Shown here: positions 1 through 12,177 of the stretch, one piece after another | Layout: each line of letters begins with the position of its first letter | Numbering within the stretch: the stretch's first letter is position 1 | Origin: Pelomyxa schiedti | Lineage: Eukaryota > Protista > Evosea | Length of the DNA stretch: 53,656 nucleotides | Reading direction: 5' to 3' | Assembly: GCA_020536535.1 (NCBI GenBank) | Contig: JAHLWZ010000900.1 | Span: 1-53,656 of the forward strand | Notes under the pieces: generated by a model | Database searches by the model: none | What the model saw: the letters and a program-made list of their open reading frames with translations, nothing else | What the model was told of the DNA's origin: nothing | Position numbers and translations under genes: made by a program

Positions 1-558
1 ATGGTGTGCGTGGACCTTAAGACGTCGTTTGAGTCTCACAACCTGGCTGTGACTCAGGAATTTTTGGGACTCTCCTTCACAGTGGAGGAGGTGTTCCACT
101 CAAAGAAGCACAAGGTCATTGCGGCGACGTGGGGATGCAACACGAGGGGTGACCGTGCGTGGAACCTCAGGTCACTCCAGCAGCAGCCACCTCATCATCC
201 GGTTCTTCTCCACACATCAGAAGACCACCTGCCAGATAATCTGGCCAAGGTGGATAACACTCACTTTGCGTGTTGCAACCGCAGGACCCACACTCTGAGT
301 GTCTTCTCCCTTTTGCTTTGTTTATATTGGTTTTTCCTGGAGCTTCAAATATGGGTTTGTAGTATTCCCGCGCCATCCGAGAGCGCTTGTTTGGTGTGTT
401 GTGTGTATGATTCTCATGATTTCCATGCTAATGTCATTGCAGAGTGCGTGCATGGCTGGCCAGTGCCAGAAATGACCACTTCAGTGCTGGAAATACCCGG
501 TTCTGTCCCAGCTGAGTATGCATGCCATTCCACTCACATCACTGCATGCACTAACTAA
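1..558 (+). CDS. Partial hypothetical protein (window edge, probably intron-containing)
   Basis: Open frame from position 1; no recognisable motif; a T-rich stretch near 300-400 may be intronic. Confidence 0.25.
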   Translation: MVCVDLKTSFESHNLAVTQEFLGLSFTVEEVFHSKKHKVIAATWGCNTRGDRAWNLRSLQQQPPHHPVLLHTSEDHLPDNLAKVDNTHFACCNRRTHTLSVFSLLLCLYWFFLELQIWVCSIPAPSESACLVCCVYDSHDFHANVIAECVHGWPVPEMTTSVLEIPGSVPAEYACHSTHITACTN

Positions 559-874
559 TGTGGACTGCAGTGGTGATTGATCCCAGGCCAGGTGGTCTGG
601 ACTCAGAAGATGAGGCAGAGAGCATGAATGAGTGTTCTTGTTGTTCCCGCAATGCTTGACCTTGGTTGCCCAACTGTTGTTAGTGATGGTGTTTCTTCAC
701 CCTAAAGTCAAAGTGTTCCCACCCTCCAGTAAATGGGTCCACTTTGGGAGAAAAGCCCCACAGTGGTTACGCTTTGAGCAATTTGGAGAGCCACAGATTG
801 GGATCACCCTGTTCCAAATCGGAAGCTCGTCGGGGTGGGTCCATTCTGGAAAGTTTAAGAAGTTATTTTGCACT

Positions 875-963
875 TCCCTTTTCCCCCTTTTCACCTTTTC
901 CCCCTTTTCACCTTTTCTTCCTTTTCACCTTTTCCCCCTTTTCACCTTTTCCCCCTTTTTCCC
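875..963 (+). repeat. Pyrimidine-rich degenerate tandem repeat (ttttcacc/ttttcccc units)
   Basis: Repeated cttttcacc/cttttcccc units read directly. Confidence 0.8.
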
Positions 964-1149
964 GTTAACTACTGAACAGCTTGGTTGAATTGGATCGGCA
1001 GTCCACCAAGCTCCCGGTTAAATCTTGACATCCTTGCACATCAGGGCTACTTTCCTTTTTGGCGGCTCTCCTCTTGGGTGTGCCCTCAACTTACTCCTCT
1101 CTTTCCGACTAACCTGACAAGCCAGTGCGGAACAGCTAAAGGATTCCAG

Positions 1150-1595
1150 TTGCCGATTCTGGTATCCCCTTCTCCCTTTTTTTTTTCCCCAGCTAACCAA
1201 TGCATAGATTTTGTAACAAGCTGCTGTTAAGTTCATGACTTCAGCGAGTTTGCCGGTTTGTCCCATTTATTGGCTTTCTGTTTCTAACATCCACACAGGT
1301 TCACATGACAACAGGCGACCATTATTTGATATATTCGCTTTTGTCCCTTGCAAAGAGCAAGAGAGTCTGCCTGGATCCCGGTTGTCGACTCCGGTATGTC
1401 CTTCTCCCTTTTTTTTCCCCCAGCTAACCAAGGCACAGATTGACAAGCTGCTGTTATGTTCAAGACTTCCGCTAGTTGGCAGCAAACTTGGTTTGTCCTT
1501 TTTATTTGCTTTCTGCTTCTAACATCCACACAGGTTCGCATGACAATTATTTGATGTAAGCACCTTTTCCAAAGAGCAAGAGAGTCTGCCTGCAG
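1150..1595 (+). repeat. Degenerate direct duplication (two units of ~230 bp)
   Basis: Blocks ttctccctttttttttcccc(c)agctaaccaa, ttctaacatccacacaggttc.catgacaa and caaagagcaagagagtctgcctg each occur twice. Confidence 0.75.
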
Positions 1596-1682
1596 GTTTG
1601 TTCTTTGCGCATATCTTATTTTATTTTAATTATTTTGTAGAGTACAACCGTGACAGCCTCTCCGTTACTGGACCACCAGCTA

Positions 1683-1765
1683 GCAACCACGCAACCACGC
1701 AACCACGCAACCACGCAACCACGCAACCACGCAACCACGCAACCACGCAACCACGCAACCACGCA
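1683..1765 (+). repeat. Perfect 8-bp tandem repeat (GCAACCAC) x10
   Basis: Read directly from the sequence. Confidence 0.95.
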
Positions 1766-2103
1766 GGTGTAAGGGGAAAAAAAAAATAAATTATGTCTTC
1801 CAATTTGTAGGCAATCTGGGAAAATCCCCAATTTGTGCCCAATTTGAGAATGCTCAAAGCGGTGCCACTTTGAAATCCCTCCACTTTGTCCAAAGTGTGC
1901 ACTAGTTAAGCAATTTGGAGGCTCACTTTGGTTCGGATTTGACGCACAAATTGGGAAATTTTTGGAGTTAGGGTGATGGAGAGATCCCCACTTTGGGTTT
2001 CAAGTACCAATTTGGGTACAAATTCAGCTCACCAATGTTCATACAAATTGTGTTAAATCTCCCCGATCCCATCCAAATTGGGGAACTTGCACACACTTTG
2101 GAA

Positions 2104-2704
2104 TCAGGGTGTTCTAGAACTACTGTGGGTTTGCAGCCAATTGCCCACTTCCTGTGGTGTGCCGTTGCACACCACACCAGTTTCTAGAGGAGGTTGTGTG
2201 CTGCCAAAAACGTGAATGCAGTCAAGGAAGTGTCGAAGAGCTTTTCGGAAAAGGAGAGAGGTAATTCCAAGTTTGCTCATGTACCCCTCATCAAACAAGT
2301 TGTAAAGGGCCTCTCCATCAATCATGTTCCAACTTGTGATCTTTCTGTGAACTTGATTTCCGAACTTGGTAAGTGATGACTCAGCCTCTGAGTGTCCAGT
2401 CTCGAGTCTTGTGAGTGTGCCTTGCACACAGTTTGCCTGTGTGTTCGCAAAATCACACAAAATGCTGAGTACATTGACGTTGTGAATGAAAGGAAGAAGA
2501 GGAACAGTCCTCCCACAATGTACTGATAACAATTTTTCTAATGGGACCTAGTTGCACTTCACAACTGTCTGGTTGCTGGCTAGTTGTGGGTATGTCAGTG
2601 GACACCTCTTTGGGTGTGGGTGAAAGGGAGATCTTCTCTTTTCTCCTCAAAACTTTCCCATTCTTTGTGAAGTTCCTTGAATGGCACCTTTTGGTGACCT
2701 CCAA
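2104..2704 (-). CDS. Hypothetical protein or fragment with a SAM-like domain
   Basis: ORF 2104..2532 encodes MIDGEALYNLFDEGYMSKLGITSLLFRKALRHFL, resembling the SAM consensus IDGxxLLxLxxxDLxxLGIxxxGxRxKI. Exon structure unresolved. Confidence 0.45.
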
Positions 2705-3127
2705 GGTTAATCATCACAAGAACAATAGAAGACACTACCTTGGGATGGTGCACATAGTGGTCTAAGGTCCATTTCGGGGATGAGGAGAGTGTCAGTCCTC
2801 AGAGAGTATTGTGTGAGGCAACCTGACGAAGTCTCGTAAGGTGAAATGTTGCTGTTTGTAGCTCTTTTTCAAGGGTTTCCCTCTCTTTAAGAATCCACCA
2901 CAATGCACACACTTGTGATTTTGCAGTCTTGCTGAGCAGCTTTTTTTATCGAATCCAAGTTAAGCACTTTCACTTGAATTCTGGCTCTGGTGAGTTGGAT
3001 TGGATCCCTTTCAAAAAGACCCGTCGAACCTCCGGGTGAACCGAACCGGTCCCTCCTGACAACTGAGACCAACAAGAACCATCAATTTCTCCTTACGTTC
3101 CGAATCGTAATTACACCCGCGTGTTCA

Positions 3128-4457
3128 ATGCACCGCATCAGCCCGTCGCAGGCCAAGTTCATCGAGGAGGGTGTGCGGCAGGACCTACGCACGGACGGGC
3201 GAGGTAGGGTGGACTACCGCCCACTTACCATCGAGACGTCGGTGGTGCCTCAGGCCAACGGGTCGGCGAGGGCGCGAGTGGCGGGCACGGACGTGGTTGT
3301 GGGCGTGAAGGTGGAGCTGGGGGAGCCCGACGTAACCACCCCCGACGACGGCAGGGTGCTGTTCTCCGTGGACTGGTCGGTCGCGTTTGCTCTCTCTCTC
3401 TCTCTGTGCTGCTTTTTGTGATTTACTTTTGCTTTTTTTTTTTTTTTGTTTTTGTGGGGTTTTTAACCAAACCTAAACCCCGGCCGTTTGTCGTTTTGTT
3501 TTTTGGAACTTTGGCTGTTTTGTTGGTTATACTATTATGTGTGAAAGAGGCCAAGTGCGTAGTGGCTCGGTTAAGAGTAACCGTGATTTAGTTGCCCTTC
3601 GGCCTCTCCTGAGTTTGACAGCTATAAGACGGATACATTGAACATTGAGCTTGCTCGCGCAATGTCGCGGCTCATTGGGAATGCCGGACTTGACACCAAG
3701 GCTTTGTGCATTTTACCAGGAAAGCAATGTTGGATCGTGTATGTCGATGCCCTGGTTGGTTGTCTGACTTCTTCATACTTGTTGTAACTGCCTCTCGTTT
3801 TGTGAAAAAAGGTGATGGATTCTGATGGAAATTTGTTTGATGCTATTTCCATTGCTACAAGGGCTGCACTGTATTCCACAAAGTTGGATTCCTACTAATA
3901 TTACTATCTAATGCGATTCCAGAATCCCAAAGATTTCTCTTGTTCCTGGAGAACTTCCCGGAGAAACTGATATCGAAATCGCCGACGATATGGAGGACTG
4001 TGATAAAATTGATATAGAAAATGTGCCCATCTGCGTGACCCTGACAAAGGTTATCTCTTTACGCTCCAGCATCTTCAACTTAGTTATAAGATATTAGATT
4101 GGACAGCATTTCGTTGTGGATGCATCTCTTGAAGAGGAACTGTGCATGGGAGCACGTGTCACAGTTGGAATATCACCCAAAGGCACAGTCTGTGGTCTCC
4201 AAAAAGGTGGCAAGGGAGGACTTCCCCCTAAAATGTTAACATCCATGCTCGAGGTAAAAGCGTGACCAATTTTCGCCTCCACCAAAAACTCCTCGCCTAA
4301 CTCATTACTCACTTGAAAACAACACGAAAAATAAAAATCAAAAACTGACTTAAACGACAAACAGACTGCTCAACACGTTGGGATGTCTGTTATTGCCAAG
4401 ATGTCTGTTGCACTCAAGCAAGAAGAAAAAATCCGAGCTGCAGCCATGAGATTCTAA
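3128..4457 (+). CDS. RRP42: Exosome complex component RRP42 (RNase PH-like), ~6 exons
   Basis: MHRISPSQAKFIEEGVRQDLRTDGRGRVDYRP..QANGSARARVAGTDVVVGVKVELG; spliced exons CPSASPEF, LCILPGKQCWIVYVDAL|VMDSDGNLFDAISIATRAAL, VPICVTLTK|IGQHFVVDASLEEE, GLQKGGKG; stop TAA at 4455-4457. Confidence 0.92.
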
Positions 4458-4652
4458 GTTTAACCATTCACAATGACACTTACATCGCGACATTGCCTCT
4501 CTGTTACCACAAAGGCAACACTTTTTCAAGACTTGAAAAAACGTTTTGAAATAAAAGTGTTGCGTTCTCTTAGAGGAAGCAAGAAGCCATAGCTGATAGA
4601 CGGCACTTAAGTTACTTCACTTTCCTGGAACGAAGAAGGAAAAACAAAAATC

Positions 4653-7600
4653 ATGCAAACAGCCAAGGAGGCACTGTCACAGGCGGGGATTGATGTAAAA
4701 CCACTTGATGACTTGGGCTTCAGTTTGGATTTGCCTCTGTCCGACTATTTCATGGTGCAACTCGCTGAAAATCGCGAGGACATGGACCCTTCGTACTACT
4801 ACGCCGCATACGACGTGGTGAAGCGTTGTCTTTTCGAAACACAAACAAGAAACGACGATGATGAGTTGGGTGAGAAGTTGTCAGGTTCCCTTTCACTTGC
4901 CACATAATTTCACAAGCAACATTTAAAAAAACCACACTCCAGGGAAAGGTTTGGAGCAGGTTTGTTTAAAAGAACACAGATATTGGGATGAGTGATGCTT
5001 CAGATTCGCTGTGTGGAGCACTGAAGACTCTGGGAAAACCCTGGACGGTGTCGGCTCTGCGGGAGGTTCTTTCTATGCCTGAAATTCCACCTCCACTTTT
5101 GCGGGTTTTCAATTCCAAAGGGGGGTGGCTCCCAAAGCTTCGGCGGAGATTGGTTCCTATGATTGACCCCGGAGGAACTCCGTCATCCAGAATAGAGTGG
5201 TTTCCTGCGAAGCTGACCGAGGCAGGATTCCAGGACTTGGAAGACCTTGTTGGTTTGGATTCTGGTGACTTTCAAAGACTTGCTGCATCACTGAGAGTTC
5301 CAGGGTGGACTGTGAACAAACTGCTGCAGAAAGCCAAGGACCTCGTTGGAAACGGAAAAAAAGTTCTGCACCACACACTGGAACACGCAACTGGGATCGA
5401 AAGCTTGATCACCACCGTCAAAGAGGCACATCATGGAAATACCGTCAACAAAGTCGTACTCACTTCACAGAAGGTTATGACTATGATCGACCTGATTTGC
5501 AGTGGCAGCTGCTCACCCAGCGGTGACAGCATCGTCTTTGATCAACTTGATCATTTTGCCCTTGTCACCATTGGGCTTTTTGGTGACTTGAAAACGACAA
5601 CCGACTTCCTGGTGCGAACTGGTGCTTTTCCTGAAGGCAAGAAACTCCCTGAGAACAATGGTCAGGCAGAGATACACGCCTTCACGACTCGGTTTGCAGA
5701 AGGTTCTGAAATGAGAGGCAATCCAGTGATGATCCTCGTGTTTGTTCCAGGGAGAACAAGCTTTTCCAACGTTCAGGAGTCTGATCCTGCGTGCCTCTTC
5801 TTGCGGTTTCTTTACAGTCTTTGTGACAGGATTTTCATGTGCTTGTCTGAGTCAATGCTCATTGACCTCCAACAAAGAAGAGGAGAAGAAGATAAAATAC
5901 GGGTTGTTGAAGGTCAAGTCGAGAGTACATCAATAAAAGAAGATTGCGAGTTACGGAAGGGCTTTGCTCAGAACCTCAGCCTCCCATTGGCTGGTTCAAA
6001 CTGGACTATGATCCAAGGTGAAAACAGGGTTGCCTTTGTCTGTTGTGAGGAAATCGATGAGAGCACAGTGAAGCACCCACTCAAAGGCCGGATTCCTGCC
6101 ACTGACTTCGCGTTGATGTTCAAGGTTTTGTTGGATGGGAGGGAGCTGTGCACCGACACCCTCCCTTATCTCGACAAGATGGCACTTCTTCGGTTGCTGA
6201 ATCCCACTGCTGCCCAATCAGTCGAGAACGGAGCAATCAAGAATCTCCAGAGGGTTGCAAAGGAACAAACGAAACTTATTCTCGAGCAACACTTCAAGCA
6301 CGAGTGGGAACTGTTGAATCTTGAAGCACCACGTTCACCGAGCGATTGTGGCGACTTGAACCAAACGAGGCTGAGAGATACTGTTGAGATATACCTTTCA
6401 AAGACAACCTCAGTCGTTCTTCTCTTTGAGGAGTTTTGTCCCAATAAAACCGCAAGTCAACTCCGTGATTTCTTGAGTCTCACAGAACATGAAATGCCGC
6501 AGAGAATCATTCAATTTGCGAGCGATCCACCAAGACCCCACGTTCCACTTTCCACTTTTTCGTCCTTGGTGGTGGAGCAACACTTCATCTCGGAAATCAC
6601 TTCCACTTTGAAAAAGAGATTTAAGAGCCAGTGCAAAGAAATCATCAAAGAAATACAAGCCTCTGTGCGCAGTAACCCTGATGAATTTTGCTGTGGTCCA
6701 CCATTTTCTTCAGTGCTGTGCACTGAAATTCGCAAAGAAACTCCACACACAAAGCCTGGAACAATTATCCTGACAACGCTCCAGCTACCAGGTGGCAAGG
6801 GAGACCCAACTGTCACCCTCACCATGGAGGTGGCTGGAAATCTGCCGCGACACATTAAGTTCACAGTTGTGGAACTAAATTTGGAGATAACCACTGATGG
6901 GCGTTCCAATGTCACTCTCGCACCTCCTTTTTCTTTTGAATCAGGTGTAGACTCCATTGCTGGTTGTTTCCTGTTGCCTGGAAGCAATGTGATGGTTGTT
7001 GGTGCTGAAGCTGCCAACCCTTCAAATCTTCTCATCTGCATACATCGTGAGGGAACCTGCCCTACGATTTCGAAACTGCCAAAGAAATGTCGCGTTTCCC
7101 ATGTCAACTTTTGTGCAACAACGAGAATGCTGGTGATGTGTTACTCTTCACCCGATTCCAGTGTATGTGCTCTGAAGTTCAACGACTCATATTCGAAATT
7201 TGACAGCCTGGGCAGTTTCCCGCTCGATGCCGCTCTTGCGAGTGTGAAGGGAATGTTCCCAGTTCCAGAAGGGCAAAAGGTTGTTGTCACATTCCCAACG
7301 GCAACCAAGCTCTTTGACTTCGAGAACAGAACTATTTCGGATTTGCCGCAATTTGATGGACCTGCATTTTTCCTCGGTCCAGAGTTATTCAAGTGCTTCG
7401 TCACTGTGAAACCGTCACCTCACCTCGTTTCAGGAACACCTGATGAGAAGGGGGAGTGGTGCGTTGTTTCTTTGAGGAGTTGCCTACCACCCTACCAAGT
7501 CCAGCACTGGGAAACAAACCTCCTGAATCCACACCTGTTGCCCTCAACACTTCTGGCAAATTTTCAGGTTGGGAACGGGGCACAAGAATTGCATCTGGTT

Positions 7601-10600
7601 CAATTCAACCCCATTTCTCATCAATTTTCCACAGTGGTCTTGTGTGCTGCCATGAAACAGACAAAGGTCTCACATCATATACCCTCACCAACTTGCCCTT
7701 CATGTTCACTTCTGGATTACCTGTGCCTCATGTTCGACAAGTTTCCAGCAGCAGCCGTTTGTGATTTTGCAATGGAAGAGAAACAACACAAGTTGACAGT
7801 TGTGGTGCCATCAGCAACACCCGAAGCAAAGAGACTGGTCTCCGTGCGTATCGGGGAATATAAAGACAAACTTGTTCTTTTTTGCAAAACACTTGGCACA
7901 GCTCACAAGTTCTTCATGGAACATGTGACTTGCAGCATTGATCAAGGATGGATTGACACCGAACGACTCAAGCCAACTGGATTTGGAACGTGGCTGAAAA
8001 CACTCATTTCACTAGTTCCCGTCCAAATCGCACGTGTTGACAACAACTGTTTGGTGTTGTGCAACAACAAGAGTTCTTCACAGGGAAACGATACGATTCA
8101 ATTCGCACAAACCCAGCACAGTGTTGCAGAGGGAATTTCGTTTGGACTCCTCGACGCGATTTTCTCATCATGCTTCAACAAACCAGTTCTTGTTGTCACA
8201 TCGATGGGAAAACAGAGCACAGGGAAGAGTTACACTCTCAACCACCTCTTGGGTGTTCTCTTTGACATCTCTGGTGGGAGGTGCACTGATGGTTGTTGGA
8301 TGAGCGTTCGTGAGAGGTCTGACTGCCTGATTGTGGCTTTGGATTTTGAAGGACTTTGTTCTCTGGAGCGCTCTGAACAGGAGGACATTCTACTTTCTAT
8401 TTTAAATGCCTCCGTTTCAAATTTAACACTTTTCAAGACTGAATTTACAATTGATAGGGCAACAGAAAAAACTTTCAGGAACTTCCAAGAGGGTGTTGGA
8501 ATGTTGAAAGGGGATGACAAACTCTTCAAGGGTTGTTTCACTCTCATGGTAAAAGATGTTCCTGAAAGGGATGTTGAAAGTTTATTTTCAGAATTCCAGT
8601 CCAAGTTTGATGAAATTGTGGAAACAAACCAGGGACAAAACTTCCTTTCTCAAATGTTTTCAGGGAAGTTCACAATGGTAATGTGTCCCCCACCCGTATC
8701 TCCTGGCTACAACGATAGCTTGAATTGCTGTGCCGAAATACTGCGGAATCAGACACCACAATTCCACAGTGGAGGAGAGTTCTCCTCGATGCTCAAGCTG
8801 ATTCTCGCAAAGCTCCACTTGAAAGACTGGTCTTCTCTCTTGGGACAAGACATGGTGATTATGGTTCGAAATCTTGAAGAGGATCTCCGTTTGGCTGTAT
8901 CTTTTGGGAGCAAGTCAGCAGCCACAGGTCACCAGGGACAACTTGTGAATTTGTCAACTGGTGAAGTTGTTCCCCGCCTCGATTCAATATCAATCTCCGG
9001 CCTCAGTATTCTCATTCCAAACTTCAATTTACAGGCAGATCACGAGGCAGATTTCACCAGGATACGGGAGGAGTTCAAGTCTTATTTTGAGAAGTATGTT
9101 CCAATACCACCAAAGCAGCGCGACTTCAGACTGTGGCACAGCCAATTCAGAGTTTTTGTGCACCAGGCCATTGAGAGCAGGAAGAGGCATGTGAAAGATT
9201 GGGTCTGTTCCAACATGAACAGGTGCCCCAGTTTCCACAATGAACCCAATCCTGCTCCCTTTTGGAACGGATCCCCGGAAGTCAAAGTATTTTTGATGAT
9301 AGTGGAGTCTTTGTTGCGAGGACTGGATGCACTCGAGGTTTGTTCAGACACATGCGCTCGGTGTTGGTTTCCGTGTTTACTTCTGTCTCGGCATTCAGGG
9401 CAACACAACTGCAATGGATCTCACAAGTGTGAAGCTGAGTGCACTTACTGCAAGTCCGCAGGCACGTGCGCCTACCAGGCCGGCCACGACGGCGATCACG
9501 ACTGCACAGGAGGCCACAAATGCAACAAGGAGTGCACTCTCTTGAGCAAAACAGGTTGCAACAGATTCTGCTCTCGTGTTGTCAATCATGAAGGTCCGTG
9601 CATGTGCAATTCGCAGCAACACCTGTGTGGTGAAAAATGCTCTGCTCGAGGGTCACAAGAACAGTGTGACAAGATGTGCACGCTCCCTTGCGATCATCAT
9701 CGAAAACACAACTGTGGAAGGGGGCACTGCCTGTGCAGTTGCAGTTTCCCAAAGTGCACAAATCCATGTGCATCTGCAGACCCTTTTCATGGGAGCGAGG
9801 CTTCAGCTTCAGCCTTCCCGCACTTATGTGGCTTTGAGCACGACTGCCCGTCAGAGTGCGAGGTGCCTGGCTGGTGCAGTGTTGGATACCTTCAGAAGGT
9901 GGAAAAAGTTTCATACAATGGGCACAGGCAAAATTTTGTTTATGAGAGGTCCACTGTTCCAGAACCAAGAAAGCTCCCTTGCTGCAAAAGGGTGCCGCCA
10001 GGGCAGCATACCCATGAGGGCTCTCACGCTTGCACTTATCCGCAATCTGGCCATCGTTGCAAATACTCGTGCCCAACCTGTGGTTATATTTGTGAACTCG
10101 AATTTGCACACCCTGGCAAGCATGCAGCGGCACACGGAAACATGATCAAAACAGGATTTATTTCCAGTGGCAAAGACATTGACCTTGATGGGCGATTGTA
10201 TGAAGCTGGCGAACCAGGTGTGGCCGAGATGTGCAACTTGTTCTGCAACAAACTTGGCAGACACATTCACATCCTCCCGTGCACAGCGGAGGGTAATGAG
10301 CCCTGTCCTCACACTGGAGAAGGAGGCAGAAGGCACGCCACAACAAAGTACCTGCCGGATCCGGATAATCCAAAGGACGAGCTCACACACGAAGGGTACT
10401 GGAATGCAATTGGTTTCTGTGACCCTTGCACACCTGAATACAGGGAGATTTTCAAATTGTGCAACTTTGAGTGTGGGGAAAATCGCCACACCGATCCCCG
10501 GTGCCGGTGCATGCTCCCTCTTTGGCATGCACCAAGCCAACAAACAGCAACAGTTTGCAGATGGAAAAGTTGGATACGCCACATCAGCTGGACACATATT

Positions 10601-11528
10601 CCCCAAGAAGCATGGTCCCCCAGAAAACATGCACATCGCTCTATGCCTCGACGCCTCCACGTTGAGACAAACTAACAGATGGGAAACTCTTGTGACAGGT
10701 GTTGAACAGTTCATTTCAGCCAGAAACAAACCAAAGGATGTTTACAGCATTGTTGAATTCAACGGTCAGGGATTTGTTGCCTGTGACAGGGTGTCACCTG
10801 AGCAAGTCCAGTCCAGACTCACCATGATGCAACCTCAATTTAGGCAAGACACACAGTTTTCAAGCGGTCTGTCAGTTGCGTATCGTCAACTCATGAGGAC
10901 TGACTGGTGAGTCTTTTTTTGCTTTCTTCTCGTTTGTCATTGCCGTGCTAACCGGTTAAATATCTGAGGAAATGACCCGAGGTTTTTTAACCGGTTAACT
11001 AAATTTAGTTTAACCAAGAAGCACTGGTCGTGCGTTGTGTTCACCAAAACAAAAAGGTTGGATTACCGTGCTGCTCTCATATTTATGTCTGATGGAGAGG
11101 ATGAGAACTCAGAATGGGAAAGCAGCATGCTGAACATCAAACGGCTCGCAGAGGAAAGAACGCTTTCCACTTACGTGATTGGAATTGGCGATGGCTTTGG
11201 CTCAAGAAAGCTGCAAAGTGTTGCCACAGTTGGGAACGCACAGTTTCTCACCGTCGACGCTGTGTGTGAAAATCTGACAGTGGTGCTAAAAGGAATAGAC
11301 GCCAAGGCAGAGGAAATGTACCAGAAGCTTGTTGATGCCGGCAATCCCTTGAGCAGGAGCCATCTTTCTGAGAGTTTTAGTCTGAACCAACGAGAACACA
11401 CAGACGAGTTGACGCTCTACAAACAACCCTCTGACCGTGAAGGAACGGCACTCCCCTTTTCTCGTCTGTTTCCACCCCCTTTCAATCCCCGGCCGGAATC
11501 TCCCCGTTGGGTCCCAAATCAATCATAA
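4653..11528 (+). CDS. Giant VLIG/GBP-superfamily GTPase paralog 1 (SAM-like / beta-rich / GTPase / Cys-His-rich / VWA); frameshift near 10530 before the VWA domain
   Basis: Exon 1 4653-4884 splices in frame to 4980. G1 GKQSTGKS (~8207-8230), G2 GGRCTDG, G3 DFEG. Cys/His-rich ~9340-10530. VWA pieces in ORFs 10167..10910 (LCLDAST) and 11037..11528 (LIFMSDG), joined by a gtgagt..aaaaag intron. Confidence 0.85.
10943..11027. mobile_element. ~85 bp palindrome-rich insertion (MITE-like) in the last intron of paralog 1
   Basis: Absent from the equivalent 44-nt intron of paralog 4; ends ccgtgct..agcactgg form an imperfect inverted repeat; internal palindromes taaccggtta (twice) and aactaaatttagtt. 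Confidence 0.5.
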
Positions 11529-11532
11529 TAAT

Positions 11533-11980
11533 AGACTTTACCTAAAACGCAATTTTGGACAGCCATGGCTTGATGGCGGCGATTTCTTGATTTTTTGTGT
11601 CGTGGCTGTTGGTTGTTCCTTTTTTTCCTTCCGTTTACCGCTAACATGTTTACAGCCTCGTTTCCTCGCCTCGTTGCCTCTACTTTTCAGCCGATGTATT
11701 TTACTGTGGTGAAAAAAAAAACGAGTTTTTTGCTATTTTATTGTTGCCTGCCTGATGGCGATGGGTTTTTACTGTTACCAGCGGGGTTTTGATGGAAAGC
11801 GGGTTTCTGTGCGGGACTGATGGTGGCTGCACAGCCACGGCACCATAAAGCAGGGCCACGTGCCAGCGCCGCAGCCGGCAAGATGGCCACATGTTGCTGG
11901 CAGCGCCAGCACATGATCTCCCGGCAAAAAATCAAGAAATCGCCGCCATCAAGTCAAAAATTGCGTTTTAGGTAAAGTCT
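11533..11980. mobile_element. Non-autonomous DNA transposon (MITE) with ~55-65 bp terminal inverted repeats
   Basis: Left agactttacctaaaacgcaatttt..cttgatggcggcgatttcttgatttttt is the reverse complement of right aaaaaatcaagaaatcgccgccatcaag..aaaattgcgttttaggtaaagtct; flanked by aat/aat (or TA/TA if the ends are shifted 1 nt). Confidence 0.85.
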
Positions 11981-12177
11981 AATGGCAGGGACACACCAAC
12001 TCGGTGGTGATTGTAGATATTATGGTGGAAAAAATAGTTGGAGTTTTTTTTTTTTTAATTCTCCCACGGTTTGGACTGTTGTCACCGAGGTAACCACAAG
12101 GTTGTCTCTACTTATTTGATTTAGGTACCGTTCTTGGCAGCTGTGACATACTCCACAGAACATTGAAGAACAGGGAA

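Noticed and set aside
1683-1765. 8-bp array as a CRISPR or telomeric repeat
   Set aside because: No spacers and no cas genes; short and interstitial, with no evidence that it is the telomere unit. The ORFs spanning it are repeat artefacts.
8200-8460. GTPase as a housekeeping Sey1/RHD3/atlastin
   Set aside because: G1 is similar, but the domain is central in a ~2200-aa protein with no C-terminal TM hairpin, and G2 reads GRCT as in VLIG-type proteins.
5157-10729. Numerous antisense/overlapping ORFs recurring in each paralog
   Set aside because: They are shadows of the conserved sense-strand coding sequence and show no independent motifs.
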